Position numbers and translations under genes: made by a program. A stretch of DNA of 58,745 nt, counting the filler, from Sphacelaria rigidula (taxonomy: Eukaryota): the NCBI GenBank assembly GCA_964200075.2. It is 5 parts of 5 records of this genome, joined end to end, with 100 filler letters (N's around TTAATTAATTAA, not from the genome) between each part and the next. Parts side by side here need not be neighbours in the genome. Positions count along the whole stretch, not along the records: positions 11,773 to 23,441 come from CAXNAA020004641.1; positions 23,542 to 35,209 come from CAXNAA020004642.1; 3 more parts are not named here. The stretch is one strand, 5' to 3'. Each line of letters begins with the position of its first letter. The stretch's first letter is position 1. The notes under the pieces are model-generated. The model did no database searches and was not told where the DNA came from. It saw only the letters and a list, made by a program, of their open reading frames with translations. Below are positions 12,175-23,623 of this stretch, piece by piece.

Positions 12175-12345
12175 GTCGATTGATTCGATTGATTGTCGCA
12201 CTTTGACTGACCCCCCAGGGATCCAGCCGTTGTCACTATGATGGACGTACCCAAGCAGAACAAAACTGGAACACTCGCTGAAGAAAAAGAAGGAACAGAA
12301 AAAGTCGAACAGAACGACGTAGTAGACCAAGACGAAAAAAAGGAA
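12175..12345 (-). mobile_element. Retroposon 3' end with (CAAT)n tail, copy 1
   Basis: Reverse complement of GGCTGGATCCCTG..GTCAGT.AA..TGCGACAA(TCAA)n, matching 12520-12705. Confidence 0.75.
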
Positions 12346-12519
12346 AACAACAAACGTGTGTGGGCACCACGATAGAGGGAAATATTCCCGCCAGTGTGCG
12401 TGGAGGACTCACCTTGTCACATTGGCGACACCCGTGAGATAACTCATACGCTTTATCAGAAGGTCCCACCTCCCCGAATCCCGTCTCCCACCAATTTTTT
12501 TATTTTATTTTATATTCTC

Positions 12520-12705
12520 GATTTTTCTTGGTCTACTCTGTCTTTTTTACCTTCTCTGTTTTTTTTGTTTACTTTTTTTTCAGCAAGTGCTTCAGTTTTG
12601 TTTTGTCTCGGGTACGTTTATCTCATGGAGAATGACTACGGCTGGATCCCTGCGGGATCAGTTAAATTGCGACAACCAACCAATCAATCAATCAGTCAAT
12701 CAATC
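12520..12705 (+). mobile_element. Retroposon 3' end with (CAAT)n tail, copy 2
   Basis: ...CGGCTGGATCCCTGCGGGATCAGTTAAATTGCGACAACCAACCAATCAATCAATC. Confidence 0.75.
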
Positions 12706-12748
12706 GACCAACGCGATGAGAAAGGGATGGGTCTCGCCCAAAACATGA

Positions 12749-12804
12749 GGTCAATGGTCAAACGACTAAGGCAAGCAACAAATGAGTACGCCCCGCCCCC
12801 CCCC
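12749..12804 (+). mobile_element. Short 3' end of the poly(C)-tailed LINE
   Basis: GGTCAATGGTCAAACGACTAAGGCAAGCAACAAATGAGTACGCCCCGCCCCCCCCC. Confidence 0.85.
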
Positions 12805-13739
12805 AAACATTAAGTGGGGACCATAGGGCATCAAATAACCGTGAAGGTGGTGGGGGACCAGACAACTGGTGGGTGACCTTCGAAGCAGAGTTTACCGTCT
12901 CACGGAAAGACCTTTTGTGGAGAATGTTGGCTTGGCAACCCAACACATGTGCGAGACATGTGAAGAATGGTGTACATCGTTACCGCTAGCCGGGGGAAAA
13001 TGATGACTTCTAAAAATATCTTCTTGTTAAAATAGGCTACGAAGAGGCTCGCAGAAGGGGAGGGTGAGGTATCACCACATGGAAGCGAAGCATTCCCACA
13101 AGTTTTCGTCGACGAATTACCTCTTCATGTTTGTTCTAATTCTTTCTATTTTTTTTTGTCTTGTATTTGATTTAGAGTAAGCTCACTGTTCCGGACAAAA
13201 TGAAGTACCTCCCAAATAGAAAGTCACAAATGCTGTTTTCATTTTTATTTCTATATTTATCCAAAGGTTCAGCACGAATCACACCTCAAAAAGAAAAGGG
13301 ACACAAGTCACCGGAGCGCTGAAAGAGCTGCCAGGCACAACGCCAACCAACTCGACTTCAGTCGGATAAATTACGCATGCCACACTATGCTTCCAATAGT
13401 GGAACATTATCCCCTCGCTCCCACCTTGCCCCCCTAAAATATGTCATGTGCCGGTAACTCGCATGTCCAGCCTTTCAGGATATAAATGAGAATATCTGGC
13501 GCTAAAATTCCTCGAGTACCTGTTCCCCGTCTCGTTTGCTTATTGGCCTTTCATACGGGTTGCGTCTGATACGATCAAAATTGCCAGTCAACAAGCAAGC
13601 AATGTCTGGCTCGTTACACTCTACTGTGCCTGTTGCTGGATACCGGTAGCGATTTAGCAACAAATCCAGGTTTTACGGATCTGTGATGCACGTGCAATAA
13701 CACCCCCAATCCCCAACCCCCGCTTTCGCCGTCGCGAAG

Positions 13740-13912
13740 TTTACGAGGGCGTCGACTACAGCAACAAAGCCAACAGGGCCGAAGCTGCCGGGGGGTCGGG
13801 GCCTCTCCTGTTCATAGATACGGGCAAGAGAGAGCGGAAGAAAGTGGCTTCCTACAAGGAGGACAACTTTTACCGTCAGCAGCAGATGGCCGCAGCGAAG
13901 AAGAGGACCATG
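13740..13912 (+). CDS. ISWI: ISWI exon (FIDTGKRERK motif, start of HAND region)
   Basis: VYEGVDY...LFIDTGKRERKKVASYKEDNFYRQ; phase 1 in, phase 0 out, donor GTGAGG. Confidence 0.9.
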
Positions 13913-14335
13913 GTGAGGCAGTGAAGGAGCGTACTTTTGGTTTTGGTTCACGAGGAACGGCGCAGAGCTGAAGAGGCATCGGTGTACCTTCGTTGTCTAA
14001 TATCGTTGTCTTACGTTGTCTTAGGCTGTCTCATGTTGTTGCTGCTGTCTAATGCTGTTGTCTTATGTTGTTGTTTTGTTGTCTTATGTTGTTTCTGTCG
14101 CTGTTTCTGTTGCTGTTGCTGTTGGCGCTGTCAATTACCTCACGTGCTACTTCTTCTGCTCTTGTGTTGTGTAATGCGTGGCGTGTGACTGACGTGTGAT
14201 GCTCGCCCGTTCGGTTGATTGTCGCACATGGGATGCCAATATTCACTATTACTTGCGTTCGGGTATGCGACAGTCTGGATGATCAGCCTATTCATGACGA
14301 CTTTGTTGTTGCCACTGCTATATATTGCTTGGCAG

Positions 14336-14482
14336 ATGCCGAAACACTTGAGACTCCCTCGGATGGACGAGTGCCAGTTCTACGATAAGAAGCGACTGGA
14401 GGAGCTGCACCGCAAGGAAGAGAGGCTCTTCGTCGAGGCCAAGAACAGGGGGGACATCCCCAATGACCTGTCCAACTATGAG
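14336..14482 (+). CDS. ISWI: ISWI exon (HAND domain)
   Basis: MPKHLRLPRMDECQFYDKKRLEELHRKE; CAG acceptor and GTACC donor; phase 0/0. Confidence 0.92.
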
Positions 14483-15646
14483 GTACCTGGTTTGTGGATT
14501 GATGTGTTGACGGTTCAGTCGGTGGTTCAATTGGTCCACGATGAATCTAGCCACGGTCTCAATATACTGTACATGGAGGTGCCAGCAGCTCAAACACTCG
14601 CCGTAACAAAAGTAGAACAATGGTGAAGAAAACAATAAGGGGTGTCCCCATTCCCCCGCCCGAAAACGTTCTAAGTATAAAAAGATCGTGCATGCGTGGT
14701 CAAACTTTTTGTCAGTTTTGAACCGGTGGGCAGACAGTCCGGAGCTGTTGCGAGAAAGGCCATTGAGCTATTTTTATCGGTGGGTTTGATTATACGGAAC
14801 ACGGAACGCGGAACACGTGACCTCCTGCGGCCGTCTGATGGGTGTGATGGAGGTTATTTCGTATTGACGAAGACCCGTACATCGTTGTATACCAAACGCA
14901 AACAGAGAAGACGCAGGTATACGAATAGAAAGTTTCTCGTGGCCGGTTACACGAATGTTTTTGAACCGACGCCAAGGATAAGATCACAGAGTGACGTTCC
15001 TGGAGTTCCGCGTTTTCCGGCCCCCCAGACACCATCCACGAGGGCCATTTCCCAGGACCGACAAGTTTCTAGCTGGCTGGTACCCACGAGAGACTCTATC
15101 TCTTTACTTATCAACCCGTGTTTGGCCCACACACCGTAGTAGATCCACGGACCTCGACTGTAAAATTCGAGCACGAGAACTCTCCTCGCGGCAGCTAGTC
15201 TTCCGTGGGGAGCATAGTTTTCTCAATTGGCGTCGATAGTAGGACATATTGCTGTCGCTACAATATTATATTATTATATATAAGATACGAACACTGTAAT
15301 GACGCAATTACTAATTGTGACGCTAGAGTTATGTATGAGTACCGGTATACACCGGTATATATATATATATATCGTACCGTATCGGGAATTGAAAACGATT
15401 AAGATCAGCCGCTTACCGTCACCAACTGTACACTCGCAGGACGATACATACACATATAAATTTGTTGTTATCCAGCCGATAATGGGTGTACGCATGATTC
15501 AGAGGCTGGGCTGAAATCCTTCCTCGCGGCCCATACCCGTGGCACCCCAAATTACTAATACCGACGTCAAAATCAACACCAACGAGGAGACGGATGACAT
15601 ATAAAAGTAGATGCGGATCTGACATGCAAACCCTTATGAAACACAG

Positions 15647-15808
15647 GCACTCCCCGAGCCGCTACTGTCGGAGAAACTGCGACTGTTGTCGGAGGGGTTC
15701 GCCGATTGGACGAAGGCGCAGTACATGGTGTTCGTCAGGGCGAGTGCTAAGCATGGCAGGAGGGCGTACGATCGGATTGCTGCTGAAGTTGGCAAGTCGG
15801 AAAAGGAG
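15647..15808 (+). CDS. ISWI: ISWI exon (SANT domain)
   Basis: EKLRLLSEGFADWTKAQYMVFVRASAKHGRRAYDRIAAEVGKSEKE; phase 0/0. Confidence 0.95.
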
Positions 15809-16102
15809 GTGAGGTCGTCTTGTCCTGTTTTGCATCGATCACTTGAGGTTGTAAACTTTGACAAATCTCGTTGGTCATGCTTCCCTTTTTTATTTGCGGA
15901 AGGGGAGCGGGGAGTCAAGAAAACAGTTGCGTGATTGACTGATCAACTTACCACCACGGGCTCGAGAGACCGGGCTAATATACGGGAATAAGAAGTGGAA
16001 GAGGAAGAAGATGGGGAAGAGGAAGAGGAAGAAGATATAAGAAGACATGAAGATATGAAGAAAAAGAGTAGTACTAGCGACACTTATTGGTCGATGTATT
16101 GA

Positions 16103-16315
16103 TAGAGGTATCTCAAACTCGGCTCCCGGTATCCTGGTTTGTTTCGTTCTATTTTTCTAAGTGAAAGTGATGGCGATTCATCAGATGATGAGACCCTTTG
16201 ACCGCCAGGTCAGGTCCTCCTATGAATCTCGATCACTTTCACTTGAAAACATAGTACATAACTCAGAGCCAGCGAATAAACCAGGATACCGGGAGCTGAG
16301 TTTGAGGTACCTCTG
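16103..16315. mobile_element. MITE-like foldback element
   Basis: ~37-bp TIR AGAGGTATCTCAAACTCGGCTCCCGGTATCCTGGTTT / AAACCAGGATACCGGGAGCTGAGTTTGAGGTACCTCT, plus an inner inverted repeat. Confidence 0.85.
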
Positions 16316-16604
16316 ATGAGTTGGTTGATTGGGTACTGGATTGTTTGGTATTTGGTTTGATGTTTATGCTTGTACTTGGGGGCTTAAACTGTCATTGCTG
16401 ATGTAGTTGTAACATCAAACCCTTTGGGCGGCCCGCAGATGGTTTCCTGAGTCGCACAATCATTCTCCATGTAAATGTGATGCTGATTCAAGAATAGATG
16501 GGCACCCCTCGCTGGTCAAACGGTCAATCCTTTTTCCTCTTGTATCGTTTCAGGAATTTTCCGGGAGGGGAGAGGAGTTGATTTTTTTTTTTCAATGGTC
16601 GTAC

Positions 16605-16800
16605 ATGAACTGATCCCCCAGGGATCCAGCCGTGATCACATTATACATGTACCCGAGATTAAAAAGAGAAAAAAATGAAACATTTCGCTGAAGAAAAGTG
16701 AAGGGAACAAAACAAGGTACAACAGAGGAACAGAGTAGACAACAAAAAGAAGAGAAAAAAAACAAAAAACAGAACAGAACGGATCAAACAACGAAAAGAC
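16605..16800 (-). mobile_element. Third copy of the (CAAT)n-type retroposon 3' region
   Basis: CTGATCCCCCAGGGATCCAGCCGT...GTACCCGAG...CGCTGAAGAAAA shared with 12205-12300. Confidence 0.65.
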
Positions 16801-17479
16801 AAAAAGATGAAAAGTACAAATGGCTCCAGATGGCCTCCGCAACTTGACTTCAGATGGGAGAGGTATGGCTCGAACGCACACGCATTCATACCCAATCGAA
16901 AAAAACCAGCCGTGGGAACAGATTTCGGCTAAAACGTTTCGACCACACTACTTTGGATTTGAGTTTTCACCCATGGATTTTACCAAAGCGGCGCGCTAAA
17001 CTGCGGCTTGCATACGCCGGGAGGAAAGAAGATTGAGAATAAGAGAGAGGTGGGGAGAGAGAGAGAGAGTAGAGGAGAAGGAAATTACAAAAGTGATGGA
17101 AGCCCAAGCACACCGTACAGTCGAGAAGGTACAGACGGAGTAGAAGATGAAAAAAAAGGGGAAATTGAAAGAGGGAGAAAGAAACGAACTAAGGAGCAGA
17201 AAGAAGAAAAAAACTGTGTTTTTTTCGGCTGCAAGGCAAGTGCAAAGCAAGTGAATCAATGGGTTCAGATTGATTCTGCACACGTATTTTTTTTCATTGC
17301 ATTATCAACGACCCACTAAAATGTTTTGAATCGATCCCTGATGATGATAACCATGACCGCGCAAGTGAATCAATATGTTCAATTGATTCTGTACACTATT
17401 TTTTCTTTTTCTGATTTGCATCATCAACGGCTCGCTCGAATCTTGTAATGATTGTGATGATCATCATGACCGTGACCAG

Positions 17480-17598
17480 GTGGCGCGGTATGCGGAAGTG
17501 TTCTGGCGGAAAGGTGCCGAGACGTTTGCCCCGGCAGACTGGGAGAGGCACGTCAAGAACGTTGAGAAGGGGGAACGCAAGATAGAAGAGATCAACAG
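17480..17598 (+). CDS. ISWI: ISWI exon (SANT end and spacer helix)
   Basis: VARYAEVFWRKG...WERHVKNVEKGERKIEEIN; phase 0/2. Confidence 0.93.
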
Positions 17599-18499
17599 GT
17601 GATGAAAAAAAAAGAAATTAAACAGGACAACAGCCAACGCCTCTGCCAGTTTCTTGGTTTAATGCGCACGCCGGGATCTGGGAGAATGAACAGGTTGGGT
17701 TATTGGAAGACATCGTGCAACAACAATGGGCTTTTATTGACGAAGTATTTTGCTAACACGTTTTTTTTTTTTTAAATCGTTCATCTTGAAAATAATGATG
17801 GGTCACATGCACACAGAACCCGTGCTAGCATAATGAGTAAAAGCCGAAACAGCAACAACAGCAATAACCAAAACGTGCATGTCACCCCTGTGCGGCCGGT
17901 TCTCAGATAGATAGATATACGTACTTTGCATATTTGTAAACTAAGCACTGCTCCGCAGGTCAACGACTCAGTAACACCCATGTAAGCACGAGATTTGGAA
18001 GCTTCAAAATGACTGATCAAAGCTAGAACGTGTAACAGGCGTCAACTTGTTATGTGTGTGTGTCTGTTTTTAGTGTATCCCGTTCCCTTCACCCACCTCC
18101 CAAAACCTCGCACTTGGTGATTGACTGGGAGCCTGACCCGGCGAAATCCGGCGTGCTCCATCCCAGCTTTGTAGGGATGCGAGGTCAACGGTCTTCCGAC
18201 TACGTGCGGTTTCTAAAATCATACGTACCGCCCCCCCCCCGAAAAAACTGCCAAAAAAATGAAATAATGAAAACAGGGCGACAAAACAAAACACAACCGA
18301 TTGATCGAGGTTGAATCCATTATTTGATTTTGATTCAGGTATCATTCAAATACTTTATTCGTTAAATCTCTGCGACAAACCGTACCAATCGATGTATTTA
18401 TCCCCACAGTGTGCTCAATGAAAAAGTGGGTCTCCTCATGTTCGCGCGTCTATTTCTGTGTGCATATGGTCTACATCCCCCACCCCTAGGCATCAAAAC

Positions 18500-20594
18500 G
18501 GGAAGATATGGGCTCAAAAGAATCGCAGAAAAAAATCACAAGAGAGGAAGTAAAGGAGTATGTAGATAAACTTAAGGACAGAAACGCAGCAGGAGCAGAC
18601 GAAACAGTCAACGGAGTTTCAAAGTACGGGGGAGGAGGAATGATTACCGTGATGGTATACGCTGTTCAACTGGATCTGGGAAAACGAGTACACATCCAAG
18701 AGGTGAAGAGAAGGAGTAGTAGTCAATCTCTTCGAAAAAGGAGACGAGGCTGACCCAGGGAATTATAGAGAGATGACGCTACTGAGTATCGTACGGAAGA
18801 TGTTCTGTAAGATTCTTAATGATGGAGTAGGATCGATGCTAGAAAAAAAAGAAAAAATCAGCAAGGGGCAAGTAGGTTTGGGACCAAACCGTAGTTGCGT
18901 AGACCATGTGTACACAGAAGGTAAGATTATTCAAGGTAGGAAGACACCGGGCTGACATTGTACTGTTTCTTTCTGGACGTTCGAAAGGCTTATGGCACAG
19001 TGTGAAGAAATGGGCCGTGGAAAACGTTGTTGAAAACTGAGATCAGAGGAAAGATGTAGAAAATGGTGAAGAAGATGACAGAATGTGCAAAAAGTGCCAT
19101 GATGCTAGACAAAAAGATATCGAAGTGTTTTTATATTTCACAAAGGGTTGCACAAGGATGTACGTTATCACCCACTTTATTCGAGGTAATGTTTCAAGGT
19201 GGAGGAAGATACGGTATCAGGATTGGTGCCCACATATGATTTCGTGGTGATATCAGAAACACCAGGAGGATTGCCGAAGCGTAAAGAGAAGACGCTAGAA
19301 TACACTAGGACATGGGGAGTAACAGCGAACGTGACCAAATGCGCGGTACTCGTACGTAACGAAGATAGGAAGAATCCGGGAGAGTTTAAATGGAAGAGGG
19401 AAGAAGAAGAATTGTCGATCGTGGACCAGTATACATTCATCGGCGTAGAGATAATAATAAAACGTTTTTGGGATGCACAAATAAACAGAGTAATAAAAAA
19501 GGGTGAGGCGCAGATGAGCGAAATCGACGTGATCCTGAGAGAGTTGCACCTAGATCCTAGGATTAAGATATGTATCCTGATGAATGCGATTGTACCAAAG
19601 CTGGAATTTGCAGAAGAAGTGTGGGAGGGGAACGCGAAGTTGGTGAAGGAGCTGGAAACAGTGCAGATGACAGCAGCTAAGGAAATGCTTGAATGCTCAA
19701 AAACATTGAGTAATACAGCATCGAGAGCAGCGTTGGGAAGGTACCCACTTGAAACAAGTAGAGACATGAGAAAATTGATGTGACAATATAGCGTATGGAG
19801 CATGCAAATGAAGAGATTGCCAGCCATAGCTGATGGAGCTGTATGGAAGAAAGTGACAAAAGAGCAGGGTGGAATAAGGGGGGACAGTGTAGTCGAGAAG
19901 GTATTGAAGGACAGGAGGAAACCAAGACGAAATACTGTGCGTAGGTGGATGCGGGAGGTACAAGACGCAAGTAAGGAACATGATGGAAATAAGGGGGAAA
20001 CAAACGCCAAGACGGAAAGCAGACGAGAAATAACACCTGAAGGTATTCGGCTGGTTGCGTGAATGGATAGGAGTGAAAACATATCTGCATGGCCCAATGG
20101 ACTCCGCGAAAAATTTCAAACCGCGATATCGGGTGTGGAATCTGGACCTGGTGGAAAGAAGAAAGAGATATAGCAATAGTCGAGTGGAGGAGGAAGTAGG
20201 CTCACAGAATTGCCCCTGTGGCAAAGCAATAGAAAGTAGAACTCATTTTGTGGCAGAATGTGAGCTATAGAGGGAGGAATGCGACGTGTTGAAGGGAGGA
20301 ATGTGGCAAGTAAACGGAGGTGGCATGAAATCGTTTGATCCACTAGACAGTTGGAGGAAAACGATGGCAATACCAGGAGATAGATGGTGCCCACAGACGG
20401 CGAAACAGGACGGGGAAAATATATGTCGAAGGTTTCTGTGTAGTGTGTGGAAGAAAGGTAATTAGCGCCGAAATGTTAAAGGTGTCTCTCTTAGGAGTAG
20501 AGATGGCGCTCCGTCTCGCAAGGGATGCGTGATCAATGGTCAAACGACTAAGGCAAGCAATAAATGAGTACGCTCCCCCCCCCCCCCCCCCCCC
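18500..20594 (+). mobile_element. 5'-truncated, inactivated non-LTR retrotransposon (LINE ORF2: RT + CCHC knuckle) with C20 tail, in ISWI intron
   Basis: RT motifs DPGNYR.MTLLS, G..PNRSCVDH, FLDVRKAY, VAQGCTLSPTLF; catalytic (Y/F)ADD decayed to PTYD; CPCGKAIESRTHFVAEC knuckle; many stops and frameshifts; TGA at 20565-20567, then GTACGCT and 20 C. Confidence 0.93.
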
Positions 20595-21461
20595 TTCGAA
20601 GATCAAGTATCGTACCTGTAATAATACGTGGTGCTCTTGCAGAGAGGTCATCCCTGGAAAATAATAGTTTTTTTCGCGGCGTTTGATGCGTATTAAAACG
20701 CTTCTTTGAGTAGTTTGGTCGGTGTAATTGGTTCTCTCACCTTGAGCAAATGGAGCATTTCGACCTCTCATGCTGGGTCATCCTTGGCAGCAGGAAAAAT
20801 GCGAAAGTTTGATACAAGTGTCATGCCACGGTTAAGGGTGCACAAAATAGTATCAAGTTGAATTGTTGGGAGCCCTGTATCTCATTCAATAAATCCCTTT
20901 TTAAATATGTCAGACAGTGCACACCACGAGTAGCGTTCCAATGAGCTAGGAAGAATTCGAATGAGATTTCAACCCTTTGACTGCGAGCGTCGCCTCGGAA
21001 TATTTCCACCCACCGACAGTCTAGGGGCATCTCGGAGTTTCCAGAGGGCGGGCGGGGGGGGGGTGTTCCGAGCAGACCTCAAACACTAAGGTAATTTTTT
21101 AGTGCATTCTGTGTGCACGCACGTGTGTGTGTGTGTGTGTTTCGTGGGGCGTCCCTGGTAAGCCTCAGATATAACCAGAGAATTCTGGATTTTTTCTGCC
21201 GCAAGGGAGTGGATCGTCCAGCAACAGATGGTCGTGAAAAATGGGAACGAAATTTTTCTATCGGAGCGAACTGAGTTCAAAATCGTATATAACACTGCGA
21301 CTAGTACCCGCCAAAGGTCGCATTCAGTTTGTTCCCATAGAAGAATCTCGTTTCCACCTTCCAGGATCGCCTGTTCAGACATGTTACAGACAGACGTTAA
21401 ATTCGACGTGCGTCGCTTGACGCTTGACACACACGTTAATTGAAAAAAAACTATTTTTCAG

Positions 21462-21650
21462 GTTGATGGGAGCCACAAAGAGCTTCATATCGAAGTTCGA
21501 CAACCCATGGGAGCAGCTGACATTCCACTACACCGGAGCACAGGGCAAGGTGTTCAATGCTCATGAGGACAGGTACCTGCTGTGCTTAGCGCACAAGTAT
21601 GGTTATGGCAACTGGGACCTGGTCAAGGCGGCTATCCGGCGCAGTGATAG
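21462..21650 (+). CDS. ISWI: ISWI exon (SLIDE domain)
   Basis: KFDNPWEQLTFHY...KVFNAHEDRYLLCLAHKYGYGNWDLVKAAIRRSD; phase 2/2. Confidence 0.95.
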
Positions 21651-21682
21651 GTGAGATGAGGAGGTCGGAGGAGGTCGAGTTT

Positions 21683-22291
21683 TCCATGGTTAGGACAAAT
21701 CACGGTTTATACGAGTTGACTTCTCATGAAATGACAGGAGTCAGCCTGTATTGAACTATTGGTCCCGCATGCACCCGGCGGTGGATAACATATACAGTAC
21801 AGTCATCTCAACCGCATGCAGATGGAGAGAGAAGAACGACTGATGTAATGCCCATGATATGAGAAGATTCAACAATGTCCCGACTCTTCGTCCCGCATGA
21901 CTCATACGCGTGGCATAGATGTAGATGCCATTCACGCCTCATGGTAGGTGTGGGCGGCATGTACAATCGATTTATTCCGCATTTTTCTGGTGGGGATTAA
22001 TAAGTACCCATGATCTACCCCGTATGGCCTGAAGGTAGCAAACAGGTACAGTTGACGGTGTACTGCACGACCAAAGAGTTAAGAGCTCAAAACCTGTATG
22101 AAATTACAAATGATGTATGAATCGTATGATTTATTCGTTGAAATGACGAACATGGGTTTAACCCTTAGACCGCGAGATTAGTCTTTCTGGATCATGCATA
22201 CTTTTTTCCACTTGAAATTGATGCCGATTCAACAGAAGACTAAGCTCGCGATCTAGGGGTTAATCGCGATTTTATTTGTCCTAACCGTGGA
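21683..22291. mobile_element. MITE-like element
   Basis: TIR TCCATGGTTAGGACAAAT / ATTTGTCCTAACCGTGGA. Confidence 0.75.
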
Positions 22292-22485
22292 GTATTCGCC
22301 TTGTATGCAATGGACTTGGTGTATGTTTTCATTACAGTATGAGATATTTTATTCATTTATCGAGCTGGTAAATTGTTACTCTTCATTTTTTTTTATCTTC
22401 TATTTATTCATCAACTGTTGATTTCGTTGGATGTCACATCATTATTCATTTATTACGCTATCCTGTCATTTTTATCTTGTACTGC

Positions 22486-22850
22486 GCCCCGATGGCTCCT
22501 TTGGTAAGCTTGACACCTTCTGACGGTTGGGACGTGTGTTCGAACCTCGGTGAAGTCACGTGATTTGGGATTTTTTCTCACATGCATGCCCAGCAGTGGA
22601 GAGCGACTGTAGCGTGGGTACACAAAATTCGACTTTGCGGTCGACGAGGGAGAGAAACCGATGAAGCCCTCTCGAGATACAAGGGCGAGCACCGCAGGAG
22701 GGAGGTGTAGTGACGAAACGAAGTAAATAATAACTACGAGGGCGTCTTGTGGTAACCTTCCTCCTGTGTGACTCCGGCTGATGCGCCCACGTATACCGGA
22801 AGCAGTAGACGGCGTCCAGAATAGATGGGATGACAACACGCACAAAAACA
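22486..22850 (+). mobile_element. tRNA-derived SINE
   Basis: Pol III A-box-like TGGCTCCTTTGG (22493-22504) and B-box GTTCGAACC (22538-22546); its 3' part recurs inverted at ~27775-27865. Confidence 0.75.
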
Positions 22851-22914
22851 TGCTGCATGTGTTTCCTTTCATTACTGCTCTCGATCATTTTTATTTGATT
22901 TTGGCTTTATCTAG

Positions 22915-23022
22915 GTTCCGTTTCGATTACTTCTTGAGGAGCTGCTCCGCCGACGCTCTGGGCAAGCGATGCGAAGCGTTGATGAAAGCAGCGGAAAAAG
23001 AAGACGCCGAGTGGCACAAGAG
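22915..23022 (+). CDS. ISWI: ISWI exon (SLIDE end); gene may continue beyond the contig
   Basis: FRFDYFLRSCSADALGKRCEALMKAAEKE; phase 2 in; AG|GTGAAA could be a donor, or AGG TGA could be the stop. Confidence 0.93.
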
Positions 23023-23357
23023 GTGAAATAATGAGAAATGAAAAGAGAAAAAAAAAAAACGAAAAGAGAGAAACATGAACTTGACTGATAAGAACACGAA
23101 ACCATATTACGGTAAAGGATATTCCGAACCATTGCGAACTCTTTTGAGCGCTCACAAATGTGGCAGCTGTGTCTTGGAGTCATGTATTGAGGATGTAAGA
23201 ATGACGTCGATGCAACCGATAAACATCCCTGAATGGTAAAGGACTGCGCGGGCTCAGGACGCCACACCAGCCACGGAACATATCATTTCAAAATTGGTGT
23301 CATCGAAATCATGGTTACTCTAGCTTCGGTTGAGTTTCTTTTTTTCCCGCGTGCGAC

Positions 23358-23402
<45 letters not shown>

Positions 23403-23441
23403 CTTGTGGTTGTTTTTCTTTTTTTTATTTTTTGTTTTGTT

Positions 23442-23541
23442 NNNNNNNNNNNNNNNNNNNNNNNNNNNNNNNNNNNNNNNNNNNNTTAATTAATTAANNN
23501 NNNNNNNNNNNNNNNNNNNNNNNNNNNNNNNNNNNNNNNNN
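23442..23541. other. Artificial contig spacer
   Basis: Same 100-bp N/TTAATTAATTAA/N linker. Confidence 0.98.
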
Positions 23542-23623
23542 GGAACTGGAACGATTCATTCACTGATCGATCGCTTTTCACTCTCGACCGTATCATCTAC
23601 TCTCAATCTCACGAAAACGCTGT
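23542..23623. mobile_element. End of ACAATGTTTTCGTGA-type MITE (truncated by contig start)
   Basis: CTCTCAATCTCACGAAAACGCTGT followed by TA; matches the TIR of 57724-58019. Confidence 0.75.

Noticed and set aside
19177-20097. 306-aa minus-strand ORF
   Set aside because: Antisense shadow of purine-rich LINE ORF2; no recognisable motif.
22486-22560. Functional tRNA
   Set aside because: A/B boxes continue into a dispersed repeat body, so a SINE head is the better reading.
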